Assembly: GCA_002167855.2 (NCBI GenBank)
Contig: NHBG02000019.1
Span: 39,407 to 103,406 of the forward strand
Length of the DNA stretch: 64,000 nt
Source: Gammaproteobacteria bacterium TMED1
GTDB lineage: Bacteria > Pseudomonadota > Gammaproteobacteria > Pseudomonadales > Azotimanducaceae
Reading direction: 5' to 3'
The notes under the pieces are model-generated. The model did no database searches. It saw only the letters and a list, made by a program, of their open reading frames with translations, and was not told the DNA's origin. Position numbers and translations under genes: made by a program. This document shows, piece after piece, positions 38,786-47,415 of this stretch (position 1 is its first letter; each line of letters starts with the position of its first letter).

Positions 38786-39610
38786 TCAGTTTTTATAAGT
38801 TTTAAGTTTATCTATAGCTTCCTGAGCGTCTTTTATTTTCTTTGTGATTGACTCAATCCTGCTGACAAGAGTTTTTCGCTCCACCTCTTTAGTATACACA
38901 TTTGGAAGATCTTCAATTAACGCATGATAGTACTCAATAATGAGCTCTTTCTCCTTTTCTGTACACTCATTCATTCGGTCTTCGGGAAAACGAAAATAGA
39001 AAATTTCGCTTTCATTTTCCCTGTACGTTTTTGCTTCCAGCTGTTTCCTCAAATCATCTATAATTACACTTACTGAGGGAATCTCAGATTTTGATTCCTT
39101 AAGAATCCAATTTTTCACAATATAAGCTGCTAGCCATTTACAAATTAAAAAACAGCAGGGAGCCAAAATAGCGAGGGTAATAGGAAGAAGAATAATCCAT
39201 TCAATTATGCTCATGTAACCAATTGGATCCCGAAGACAGATACTTTGGTCAGCCAAGACAGCAACATCAGTACTCTCAACGAACTTATTATTCCCTAAAA
39301 ACGACCTAGTCTGTTGAAAACAATAGCCGCCAGAATCCCAAAAGGGTGCCGATATAAAAATATAGAAGCCACTAAAAGAAGGCAGCAGCCACAATCCCCA
39401 ATCAGGTATAGCCTTATGTGCTTCTGGGCTTTCTTCCTTTCCGTCTATATCGAGCCAAGTCATTGCAATGAAAATTGCTAGCGCAACGAAGATACTCACA
39501 AAAATACCGAGCAAAGAACCAAACTTGAGAAACTGCCAAAAAATGATCTCGACACAAAACATGCCAAAGAACAAACCAATAAAAATTCCTAATAACTTCA
39601 AAGCCGACAC
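38786..39610 (-). CDS. hypothetical membrane protein with a C-terminal coiled-coil region (orphan)
   Basis: GTG start, 274 aa. At least four hydrophobic segments are followed by a charged helical tail (EKELIIEYYHALIEDL...KKIKDAQEAIDKLKTYKN). I recognise no family. Confidence 0.5.
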   Translation of the reverse strand: MSALKLLGIFIGLFFGMFCVEIIFWQFLKFGSLLGIFVSIFVALAIFIAMTWLDIDGKEESPEAHKAIPDWGLWLLPSFSGFYIFISAPFWDSGGYCFQQTRSFLGNNKFVESTDVAVLADQSICLRDPIGYMSIIEWIILLPITLAILAPCCFLICKWLAAYIVKNWILKESKSEIPSVSVIIDDLRKQLEAKTYRENESEIFYFRFPEDRMNECTEKEKELIIEYYHALIEDLPNVYTKEVERKTLVSRIESITKKIKDAQEAIDKLKTYKN

Positions 39611-39919
39611 AATAGAGACCCCCTCCTCCTCTACTTGAAAACTTCTGATCTTTCAGAGTACTGCTGCTAAAAACTACCTGAATAACTATTCAAATGCTAT
39701 GGCCTATTTACTGAGCAGAGCTCGCAGCCATCGAGCTCAACTAAATAACAGTATTTAATGGTAATCAGCTCTATGAGAGCTTAGAGGGATTTAATAGAAA
39801 TTATTAAAACTTCTATCGATGCAAAGTTTTAAAAGTTCAATCTAGTGACGTTTCTCTGAAGAAACTGCGAAGGTAAACATCAGAATTAAAAAACGTACCC
39901 AATAGGCAGAGAGCGTTGG

Positions 39920-40693
39920 CTAATCAGACCTATCGATTGATTTCTTTCGGAGCCGACGCATGCCATGCAACCACCGGTCAATATTATCGCCCTTGCGCCG
40001 GACGTATTCCTCTACTTCGGGATGGGGAAGCACATAGAACCGCTCAGCATGGATGGTTTCAACAACAACTTTTGCAAGTTCCTCTGGTTCCAAAATACCG
40101 TCGGTTTGACCATCCCCTAAGGTTTTAGGGCCCATCGCTGTATTTACTCCCTGGGGGCATAGTACCGAAACATGAATCCCCTCATCACCATGAGTTATTG
40201 CCAGAAACTCCGCTAGCTTAACGCTGGCTGCTTTCGTGACCGAATAAGCTCCAGCACTCAAAGCAGCAAGCAGCCCCGCTGCGCTTGCAGTATTCAATAA
40301 GTATCCCTCACCACGCTTTATCATTCCCGGTAATACAGCTCGAGCTGCGTACATGTGGGCCATCACGTGCAAGTTCCACTGCGTATTCCAATCATCATCT
40401 TCGACATCAGTCAGCACCCCATCGTGCCCCCTGCCTGCGTTAGAACAAAATAAATCTATTTGCCCATATTTAGACTCTGTAGCGGCCACAAGCTTTTTTA
40501 TCTGGGCCTCATCCGTCACGTCGCAAACCATACCTTCACAACCTATGTCGGATGCAATAGCTTTTACCGCTTCCGCATCAAGATCAGCCAACATAACCCC
40601 ACGAGCCCCCTCTGCCAAAAAAGCCTTCGCCATTGCAGCGCCTATACCGCCACTTCCTCCAGTAATTACCGCAACTTTGTGAACTAATTCCAT
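39920..40693 (-). CDS. SDR family oxidoreductase
   Basis: Cofactor motif VITGGSGGIGAA and catalytic YSVTKAA (YxxxK). Length is 257 aa. Confidence 0.9.
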   Translation of the reverse strand: MELVHKVAVITGGSGGIGAAMAKAFLAEGARGVMLADLDAEAVKAIASDIGCEGMVCDVTDEAQIKKLVAATESKYGQIDLFCSNAGRGHDGVLTDVEDDDWNTQWNLHVMAHMYAARAVLPGMIKRGEGYLLNTASAAGLLAALSAGAYSVTKAASVKLAEFLAITHGDEGIHVSVLCPQGVNTAMGPKTLGDGQTDGILEPEELAKVVVETIHAERFYVLPHPEVEEYVRRKGDNIDRWLHGMRRLRKKSIDRSD

Positions 40694-40767
40694 CCCTTAG
40701 ACCCTAATGCTTTACCAATAATCGCTGAAACCTACACTTCCAATGCGATATACGCAAGCCAGAACGA

Positions 40768-41967
40768 CTAAACCGCACCACTTTCTCTAAAAGAATTTAT
40801 ATCCTCCTCGGTAAAACCAGCCTCTGTCAGTATTTCTTCCGAATGCTCACCCAGACGCGGAGGTTTTGAACGAATCATCGGGCCATCTTGATCAGTTATA
40901 TATCCAGCCTTTACTAGCGTTATTTGATCATCATTAGAAATTGGAGAATCAAATGACTCAAAGACACCCCGGTAGCCAAATTGTGGGTCTTCAATAACAT
41001 CAGGGACTGCTCGAACTTCGGCAACTGGAACACCACCTTCTGCCAGGGCTTCTAACCAAAAACTTGTATTATTTTTTGCAAGAGCGAGAGTCACACAATC
41101 TGCGACGAGCTCGGAATTATTAACACGGCCAGATATAGTACTGAAACGCTCATCAGAGAGCCGATCTTCTATCCCCAAAATAAAGAATAGTTTTTCAACT
41201 TGAAGTTGGGTGAGTGCTGTAATTTGAATTTGTCCATCAGAAGTTGGAAAAACATTACCGGTCGGTTGCTTAGTAGGCGACATATTACCGAGAAGACCAA
41301 CCAAAGTTCCCTCATTGAGATAGTCACTGTACTGAGCAGCTTGAAGTACAACCGCAGTATCGATCATTGCTACATCTATATGCTGCCCTAGCCCGGTTTG
41401 TGCCCTTCGATATAGAGATGCAGATATAGCAAAAGCAGCATTCAGGCCAGTACCCATATCAACAGGCGCGAAGCCAGTTCGTGTGGGTCCTGTACTTTCG
41501 TGTCCCGTCTGCGACATCATGCCGGAAGAGGCTTGAATAGCTCCATCATAAGCGGCCTCACCAGCTTTCGGTCCATCTTGCCCGTAGCCTGAGATTGAAC
41601 AAAAGATTAGGTCTGGCTTGACTAATTTTAAGACGTCATAACCTAGGCCCCTTTTTTCCATAGTTCCAGCTTTAAAGTTCTCCACTACCACATCCGCCTC
41701 GCTCACTAACTTTTTGATAATAGCAACAGCCTCTGGACTTTTAAGATTTAAAGTAAGACTTCTTTTATTTAGATTCATGTTCATAAAAGAGGCGCTCAAG
41801 CCATGACTATCTTCCCCCTGAACTATATTGCGATTTATATCTCCAATCTTGGGCTGCTCTATCTTAATAACCTCCGCCCCTAGAAGAGACAGTTGCATCG
41901 CAGCAAAGGGTCCAGCCAAAACCTGAGAAAAATCAATTATACGAATACCTTCGAAAGCCTGAGGCAT
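40768..41967 (-). CDS. family III CoA-transferase (CaiB/BaiF type)
   Basis: The N-terminus FEGIRIIDFSQVLAGPFAAMQL is typical of the family. Length is 399 aa. Confidence 0.9.
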   Translation of the reverse strand: MPQAFEGIRIIDFSQVLAGPFAAMQLSLLGAEVIKIEQPKIGDINRNIVQGEDSHGLSASFMNMNLNKRSLTLNLKSPEAVAIIKKLVSEADVVVENFKAGTMEKRGLGYDVLKLVKPDLIFCSISGYGQDGPKAGEAAYDGAIQASSGMMSQTGHESTGPTRTGFAPVDMGTGLNAAFAISASLYRRAQTGLGQHIDVAMIDTAVVLQAAQYSDYLNEGTLVGLLGNMSPTKQPTGNVFPTSDGQIQITALTQLQVEKLFFILGIEDRLSDERFSTISGRVNNSELVADCVTLALAKNNTSFWLEALAEGGVPVAEVRAVPDVIEDPQFGYRGVFESFDSPISNDDQITLVKAGYITDQDGPMIRSKPPRLGEHSEEILTEAGFTEEDINSFRESGAV

Positions 41968-42024
41968 TTTTTCTCCTTAAAGAATCTTTAATTGGTAAGA
42001 ATAAACTAGCTACTTGCGTGAGTC

Positions 42025-43326
42025 ATGCACTGCTATGATCGATGCATCGTTCAACTTGGTGTGACCTTGCAGAAAATTTATTTCGGTTACTGGTTAATTA
42101 TAGGTGCTTTCTTCGCCGAGTTTATGTCCGTCGGAGTACAAAACTATGTGGTTGGTCCCTTTATGATACCCATGTCAGAGGAGTTCAACTGGACGCGAGC
42201 CGAATATACCCTTCCACGCACCATAGGTGGGTTCGTAACAGCACTTACTGGTTTCATCGTTGGTGCTTATTTAGATCAATGGGGCCCAAGAAGGTTTATG
42301 TTGGCTGGAGCTCTCATTTTATCATTAGCTCTCTACTTCTTGTCTGAGATCAACCAGCTGTGGCACTGGGTGATATTAAACGGCGTTGTACTTACGGTTG
42401 GATCTGCGCTAATTGGCAATCTTGTAGTGAATGTTACACTGATCAAATGGTTCGTAGACTTCAGAGGAAGGGCAATCGCACTCGCTGCAATGGGAATCTC
42501 GTTCGCTGGAGTAATACTCACTCCCCTCACCACCTGGACAATTGATACGTATTCATGGCGATTCGCATGGCAGTTACTAGCTTTAGGTACATTCATAGTT
42601 GTGATACCCGCAGCACTTTTAATGAGGCGAACGCCAGAAGATTATGGTTTAAGACCAGATGGTCGCTCTAACCAAGACTACCGCAAAGGATTAACAAAAA
42701 AAGCGACTATTGACTTCAATCGTTCCCTAACACGCAGACAAGCACTGAAAAGCAGAACTTTCTACTCGCTGGTGATCGCATTCACGTTGTTTACAGTTAC
42801 GATTCACGTCATGTTGTTACAAACGGTACCCTTTATGACAGATGCAGGATACGACAGAACAACAGCAGCCCTTATGATAACTACGATATCTGTTCCCGCC
42901 ATGCTGGCAAAACCGGTCTGGGGTTGGCTAATAGACGGGCTACAAAAACCCAGGCTCTTGGCAGCCGCAAGTTCAGTTACAAGCGCGAGTGCGCTATTTA
43001 TCATAGTGTATGCAGCTAATATTAATCAGCTTGACCTTTTGATAGCTGGCTTCTTACTATTGGGTCTTGGATGGGGTGGAATGATTCCACTTCAGGAAGT
43101 GATCTGGGCTTCATTCTTTGGCCGTCGCCACATCGGAGCAGTAAGGGGAGCCGCGCTACCTTTTATGATCTGTCTTGGATCAATCGCACCAATTGCGACC
43201 TCTTATTATTACGATATGTGTGGAAACTACGACGGGGCAATCATTATCGTGGGACTAGCAAATATTATAAGCGCAATCATTATTTTATGGATAAAAACTC
43301 CAGAGAAAGGCCGCAATCCCTCGTAG
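42025..43326 (+). CDS. MFS transporter
   Basis: About 12 TM segments in two six-helix halves separated by a charged loop (RRTPEDYGLRPDGRS). The start is uncertain (GTG near 42060 is possible). Confidence 0.85.
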   Translation: MHCYDRCIVQLGVTLQKIYFGYWLIIGAFFAEFMSVGVQNYVVGPFMIPMSEEFNWTRAEYTLPRTIGGFVTALTGFIVGAYLDQWGPRRFMLAGALILSLALYFLSEINQLWHWVILNGVVLTVGSALIGNLVVNVTLIKWFVDFRGRAIALAAMGISFAGVILTPLTTWTIDTYSWRFAWQLLALGTFIVVIPAALLMRRTPEDYGLRPDGRSNQDYRKGLTKKATIDFNRSLTRRQALKSRTFYSLVIAFTLFTVTIHVMLLQTVPFMTDAGYDRTTAALMITTISVPAMLAKPVWGWLIDGLQKPRLLAAASSVTSASALFIIVYAANINQLDLLIAGFLLLGLGWGGMIPLQEVIWASFFGRRHIGAVRGAALPFMICLGSIAPIATSYYYDMCGNYDGAIIIVGLANIISAIIILWIKTPEKGRNPS

Positions 43327-43436
43327 AAAAGATCTTGATCCGAGGTGACATATGTTAAGCTTTGGGAGTTTTCCGAGTTTTTACTTGCCACCCTAATAAA
43401 AGCTGCGCCACGAAAAGGTTATGAGAGGAGAAATTT

Positions 43437-44531
43437 ATGGGGACCCCTGCGAAAGTTGTTGTAGTGCCGAAAGAGCCTGGAGAACTAAAAATTATAGCTT
43501 TGGAACTGCCCGATCCCGGGCCATATCAGGTAGTTGTTAAACAATATGCTAGCGGTATCTGTCACAGTCAGCTGCACCAAATGCATGCTACGCGAGACAA
43601 CCCGGTCATCCTAGGACATGAGTCGACAGGAGTAGTAACAAAGATAGGGTCGGAAGTAAAACATGTCTGTCCCGGGGATACCGTTCTCGTCACCTGGGTT
43701 CCAAGAAATATGACAGAAGGCTCGAGAACACCAGAACCAGCTGTTCTTGAGCTTCCCAATGGCGAAACGGCATATTCAGAGAATGTATTCACATGGTCAG
43801 ATTTTACGATTGCAGATGAGCAATACGTGGTAAAGGTAAGCAGTGAAATAGATAAAGAGGTGACTTCAATTATTGGTTGCGCAGTCATGACTGGTGCTGG
43901 GGCAGTCGAGAATACAGCAAATGTAAAAGCTGGTGATAGTGTTGCGATCTATGGAGTTGGTGGTGTTGGTCTGTCTGCGGTCGTTGCCGCAAAAACATTG
44001 GGTGCTAACCCAATTATTGCCATTGATCTTGATGAAGAAAAACTCGCTTTTGCACGCCAATTTGGTGCCACTCATACGATAAACGCGGGTGAGCAGAACC
44101 CAATCAGAGCGATCAAAGATTTAACGACAAGCCAAACAAAAAAGAGTATGACTGCTCGTCCTGTCTCTGGAGCCGATTTTGTATTTGATTGCATCGGTCT
44201 CAAAAAAACTATGGAACAAATTGTCCCCTCGGCAAGAAGTGGATTTTTTGGGGCAGAGCCAGGTGGAACAGCAGTCTTAGTGGGGGTGCCAACCACGAGT
44301 GTGGAGTTGAATGCGCGCGATATCCTCCTCAGCGAGAAAAAATTTATTGGTAGTATCGGAGGATCCTGCTCACCCGAGCGTGATTTCCCTAAATATATAG
44401 AATGGTTTGAAAAAGGCTTACTAGATCTTCATCAATTAGTAACAGAGAGATACCAGCTTCAAGACATTAATGAAGCAACTGATGCTTTGCAGTCTGGGAA
44501 GATTTCTGGTCGTGCGATTATGATTTTTTAA
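43437..44531 (+). CDS. zinc-dependent alcohol dehydrogenase family protein
   Basis: GICHSQLH and GHESTGVV zinc ligands, and Rossmann motif GVGGVGLSAV. Length is 364 aa. Confidence 0.85.
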   Translation: MGTPAKVVVVPKEPGELKIIALELPDPGPYQVVVKQYASGICHSQLHQMHATRDNPVILGHESTGVVTKIGSEVKHVCPGDTVLVTWVPRNMTEGSRTPEPAVLELPNGETAYSENVFTWSDFTIADEQYVVKVSSEIDKEVTSIIGCAVMTGAGAVENTANVKAGDSVAIYGVGGVGLSAVVAAKTLGANPIIAIDLDEEKLAFARQFGATHTINAGEQNPIRAIKDLTTSQTKKSMTARPVSGADFVFDCIGLKKTMEQIVPSARSGFFGAEPGGTAVLVGVPTTSVELNARDILLSEKKFIGSIGGSCSPERDFPKYIEWFEKGLLDLHQLVTERYQLQDINEATDALQSGKISGRAIMIF

Positions 44532-44553
44532 GCACTACTATAGCTACCAAGAA

Positions 44554-45810
44554 TTAAATCCCTGGGACTGGGAAACGTTCACAGAACTTTTTGACTTCAC
44601 CGCGTATCTCTCCTAACAAATTCTTATCTTGCGAATTTTTCAAACACTTCAAGATCCAAGCACCCAACTGCCGCATATCCTCTTCTAACATCCCGCGAGC
44701 TGTAGCCGCAGGAGTCCCCATTCTAATGCCGCTTGGACGAAGTGGAGGATTGGGGTCATCAGGGATTATTTGTTTATTAGTCGTGATATTGACTTCGTCC
44801 AATACTTCTTCGGCTTGACGTCCATCTAATCCAAAACTCGAGCTGGTCTCAACAACGAGCATATGATTATCTGTTCCTCCTGTTACGAGCGACACGTCAG
44901 CCTCTAGGAAGGTTTGAGCTAGAGCCTTTGCGTTCAACAACACCTGGCGGGCATAATTTCTGAAGTCATCGGTTTGCGCTTTCAATAAGGTTATTGCTAT
45001 AGCTGCTACAGCATTCATATGCGGGCCTCCCTGTAATCCAGGAAATACTGATTTATCAATTTTAGAGGCAAGCGATTTAGTACAGAGAACCATGCCACCT
45101 CGTGGCCCACGGAGCGACTTATGTGTTGTTGTCGTCATTAGATCAAATCCAAAATCGAATGGATTCTTCATCGCACCACCAGCAACCAATCCCCCGAAAT
45201 GCGAAGCATCAGTCATCGTCAAGGCTCCTACCTCATCAGCAATATCTTTGAATGCTGCATAATCAATGTCTCGAGGATAAGAAGTATATCCACACAGAAC
45301 TAGTTTAGGTTTCGATGCTAATGCATCTTTCCGGACCTTGTCGTAGTCGATAGATCCATCACCCGGGTTGGTCACATAACGAACGAAGTTAAATAATTTA
45401 CCCATATGAGAGACGGGTGCGCCATGGGTCAAATGCCCCCCATGAGAGAGATCCATAGCCATGATAGTATCACCAGGCTCGAGCAAACCAAGGTAAACAG
45501 CTTGATTCATAGCAGACCCTGATAGAGGTTGAACATTCGCATGTTCGCATTTGAATACTAACTTGGCACGCTCTCTCGCTAAGGTCTCAATCTCATCTGT
45601 GTATTCCTGTCCACCATAATACCTCCGTCCAGGATACCCTTCTGAATACTTGTTGGTAAAAACACTCCCTAGAGTTGCAAGCACCTCAGGGAAGGTATAG
45701 TTTTCTGATGGAATTAGCTCGATCCCTTCGCGCTGCCGGTCTTCCTCGCCTTTCAGGGCAGCGTAAATAGCTGGATCGTTTTGTCTCAAAGTTTCAAGAT
45801 TGTCAGACAC
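44554..45810 (-). CDS. glyA: serine hydroxymethyltransferase
   Basis: GTG start preceded by GGAGGG. ELIPSENY, and the PLP-lysine motif TTTHKSLRGPRGG. Length is 418 aa. Confidence 0.95.
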   Translation of the reverse strand: MSDNLETLRQNDPAIYAALKGEEDRQREGIELIPSENYTFPEVLATLGSVFTNKYSEGYPGRRYYGGQEYTDEIETLARERAKLVFKCEHANVQPLSGSAMNQAVYLGLLEPGDTIMAMDLSHGGHLTHGAPVSHMGKLFNFVRYVTNPGDGSIDYDKVRKDALASKPKLVLCGYTSYPRDIDYAAFKDIADEVGALTMTDASHFGGLVAGGAMKNPFDFGFDLMTTTTHKSLRGPRGGMVLCTKSLASKIDKSVFPGLQGGPHMNAVAAIAITLLKAQTDDFRNYARQVLLNAKALAQTFLEADVSLVTGGTDNHMLVVETSSSFGLDGRQAEEVLDEVNITTNKQIIPDDPNPPLRPSGIRMGTPAATARGMLEEDMRQLGAWILKCLKNSQDKNLLGEIRGEVKKFCERFPVPGI

Positions 45811-45844
45811 GGGTACCCTCCGGTGATTAACCTAATTAAATTCC

Positions 45845-45922
45845 GAATACCCAGGCGAGCGGCTTTCCTTAATCACACTTCCCGGTGGTTGATTCCACCC
45901 TAGTCGCCAGTCATGTGACAGT
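45845..45922 (-). promoter_or_regulatory. ZTP (pfl-motif) riboswitch in the glyA leader
   Basis: The minus strand reads UGUCACAUGACUGGCGACUAGGGUGGAAUCAACCACCGGGAAGUGUGAUU-AAGGAAA-GCCGCUCGCCUGGGUA. P1 is UCACA/UGUGA and P2 is GGUGG/CCACC. The conserved UGACUGGCG, CCGGG and CGCCUGGG elements are in the order of the pfl consensus. glyA is a classical ZTP-regulated gene. Confidence 0.75.
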
Positions 45923-45972
45923 GTACAGTTTATACTTGCTACGAACCGATTTAAACATTATTCAGGAATACT

Positions 45973-46314
45973 ATGGCTATTAGTGAACTTTATTTTCAAC
46001 CCTCACCCCAGAAAGAAGCTCTGGATACACAAGAACTAGATAGCTTGATGAAGGAGTTACCGCAATGGGAGATACAAGGCCTATCTGTTGCCTGTCTTGT
46101 TCGAGAATATAAATGCGCTGACTTCTTGAGCGCGATGGCGTTCGGGAAGCAAATCACTGACCTAGCAGAGCAATACGATCACCATCCAGAGCTCACAATT
46201 CGCTGGGGAATACTGGGTGTTAAGTGGTGGACTCATACCGCCAATGGCATAACTAGGAATGATGTTTTCCTCGCACATCAGTGTGAACTGTTAAGCAAAG
46301 ATGACAGCGAGTAA
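45973..46314 (+). CDS. 4a-hydroxytetrahydrobiopterin (pterin-4a-carbinolamine) dehydratase
   Basis: 113 aa with YDHHPELTIRWGILGVKWWTH, which includes the DHHPE motif. Confidence 0.85.
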   Translation: MAISELYFQPSPQKEALDTQELDSLMKELPQWEIQGLSVACLVREYKCADFLSAMAFGKQITDLAEQYDHHPELTIRWGILGVKWWTHTANGITRNDVFLAHQCELLSKDDSE

Positions 46315-46464
46315 AGACTGCGTTTTTATCAAAGCTATATTCATTAACATGACCTAGGGACTTATTCGAGTTCTGTTATCTTTAGGTAGCCAAGAGACTT
46401 TTTAAAATCATAGGAATGAAAAAAGCCGTGGATTTCAAACCCAGTTAAAGTAACACGAAACCTA

Positions 46465-47400
46465 TTACTTGAAGGGTAAATCAGTCAAATCCACATTACC
46501 CCCGGTGAGGACAATCACCACTCGCTTTCCTGAAAATAAGCTCTTGTTACGAAGCAAACCTGCTAATGGAGTTGCACAGGAGGGCTCGACAATAATTTTG
46601 AGGCGGGTCCACAATAGGTACATGGCATCCACAACTTCTTTGTCCGAGACGAGCAAAATATCTTTTACGAAATCTCGAATTATTGGAAAGTTGCGCCTTC
46701 CAAGTGTTGTTCTCAGCCCATCACAGATGGTATCAGGACTGTGATCTATGACTCTCTTACCAGAATGTAATGATCTGTAGGCATCATCAGCCCCCTCCGG
46801 CTCAACACCATAAGTAACAACGGGGCTTCCAGAGAAGCCTAGCAAGCAACCTGAAAGAAGTCCTCCCCCACCCACAGGAATAATAGCTATATCAGCGTCC
46901 TCCACCTGCTCTAGTATCTCTAGTGCAGTTGTACCCTGACCTGAAATCACTTCTTCATCATCGTAAGGAGGGACGAAATAGGCCCCTGTATGCTTCACCA
47001 ATTGGTGAAGAGTCTCTTCTCTCGATCTAAGATTAGCGTTACATTCCGTAATTTTACCGCCATAATTTAGAATGGCATCCCTCTTGACCTGGTTCGTGTT
47101 CATAGGGACAACAATATGAGCCACCAAATTACGCAAATTAGCAGCCCAAGCTAACGCGGCGCCATGGTTTCCGGAAGAATGTGTGGCCACACCATTACAA
47201 ATTTTATCTTTGGGTATACTTAGCACAGCGTTAGTTGCTCCGCGAGCCTTGAACGCACCAGTCTTCTGAAGGTTCTCACACTTAAAAAATAGCTCCGCTC
47301 CTGACAGATTATTCAGAAACTCACTCTCCAGGATTGGGGTTTTATGAACGAAAGCCCGAATCCTTGAATGCGCGCACTTTATGTCCTCAATATCAAGCAT
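46465..47400 (-). CDS. PLP-dependent serine/threonine dehydratase family protein (serine racemase / threo-3-hydroxyaspartate ammonia-lyase-like)
   Basis: PLP-lysine motif KTGAFKARGATNAV and glycine loop PVGGGGLLSG. Length is 311 aa, with no ACT regulatory domain. Confidence 0.85.
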   Translation of the reverse strand: MLDIEDIKCAHSRIRAFVHKTPILESEFLNNLSGAELFFKCENLQKTGAFKARGATNAVLSIPKDKICNGVATHSSGNHGAALAWAANLRNLVAHIVVPMNTNQVKRDAILNYGGKITECNANLRSREETLHQLVKHTGAYFVPPYDDEEVISGQGTTALEILEQVEDADIAIIPVGGGGLLSGCLLGFSGSPVVTYGVEPEGADDAYRSLHSGKRVIDHSPDTICDGLRTTLGRRNFPIIRDFVKDILLVSDKEVVDAMYLLWTRLKIIVEPSCATPLAGLLRNKSLFSGKRVVIVLTGGNVDLTDLPFK

Positions 47401-47415
47401 TTCATCGCAAAGACT

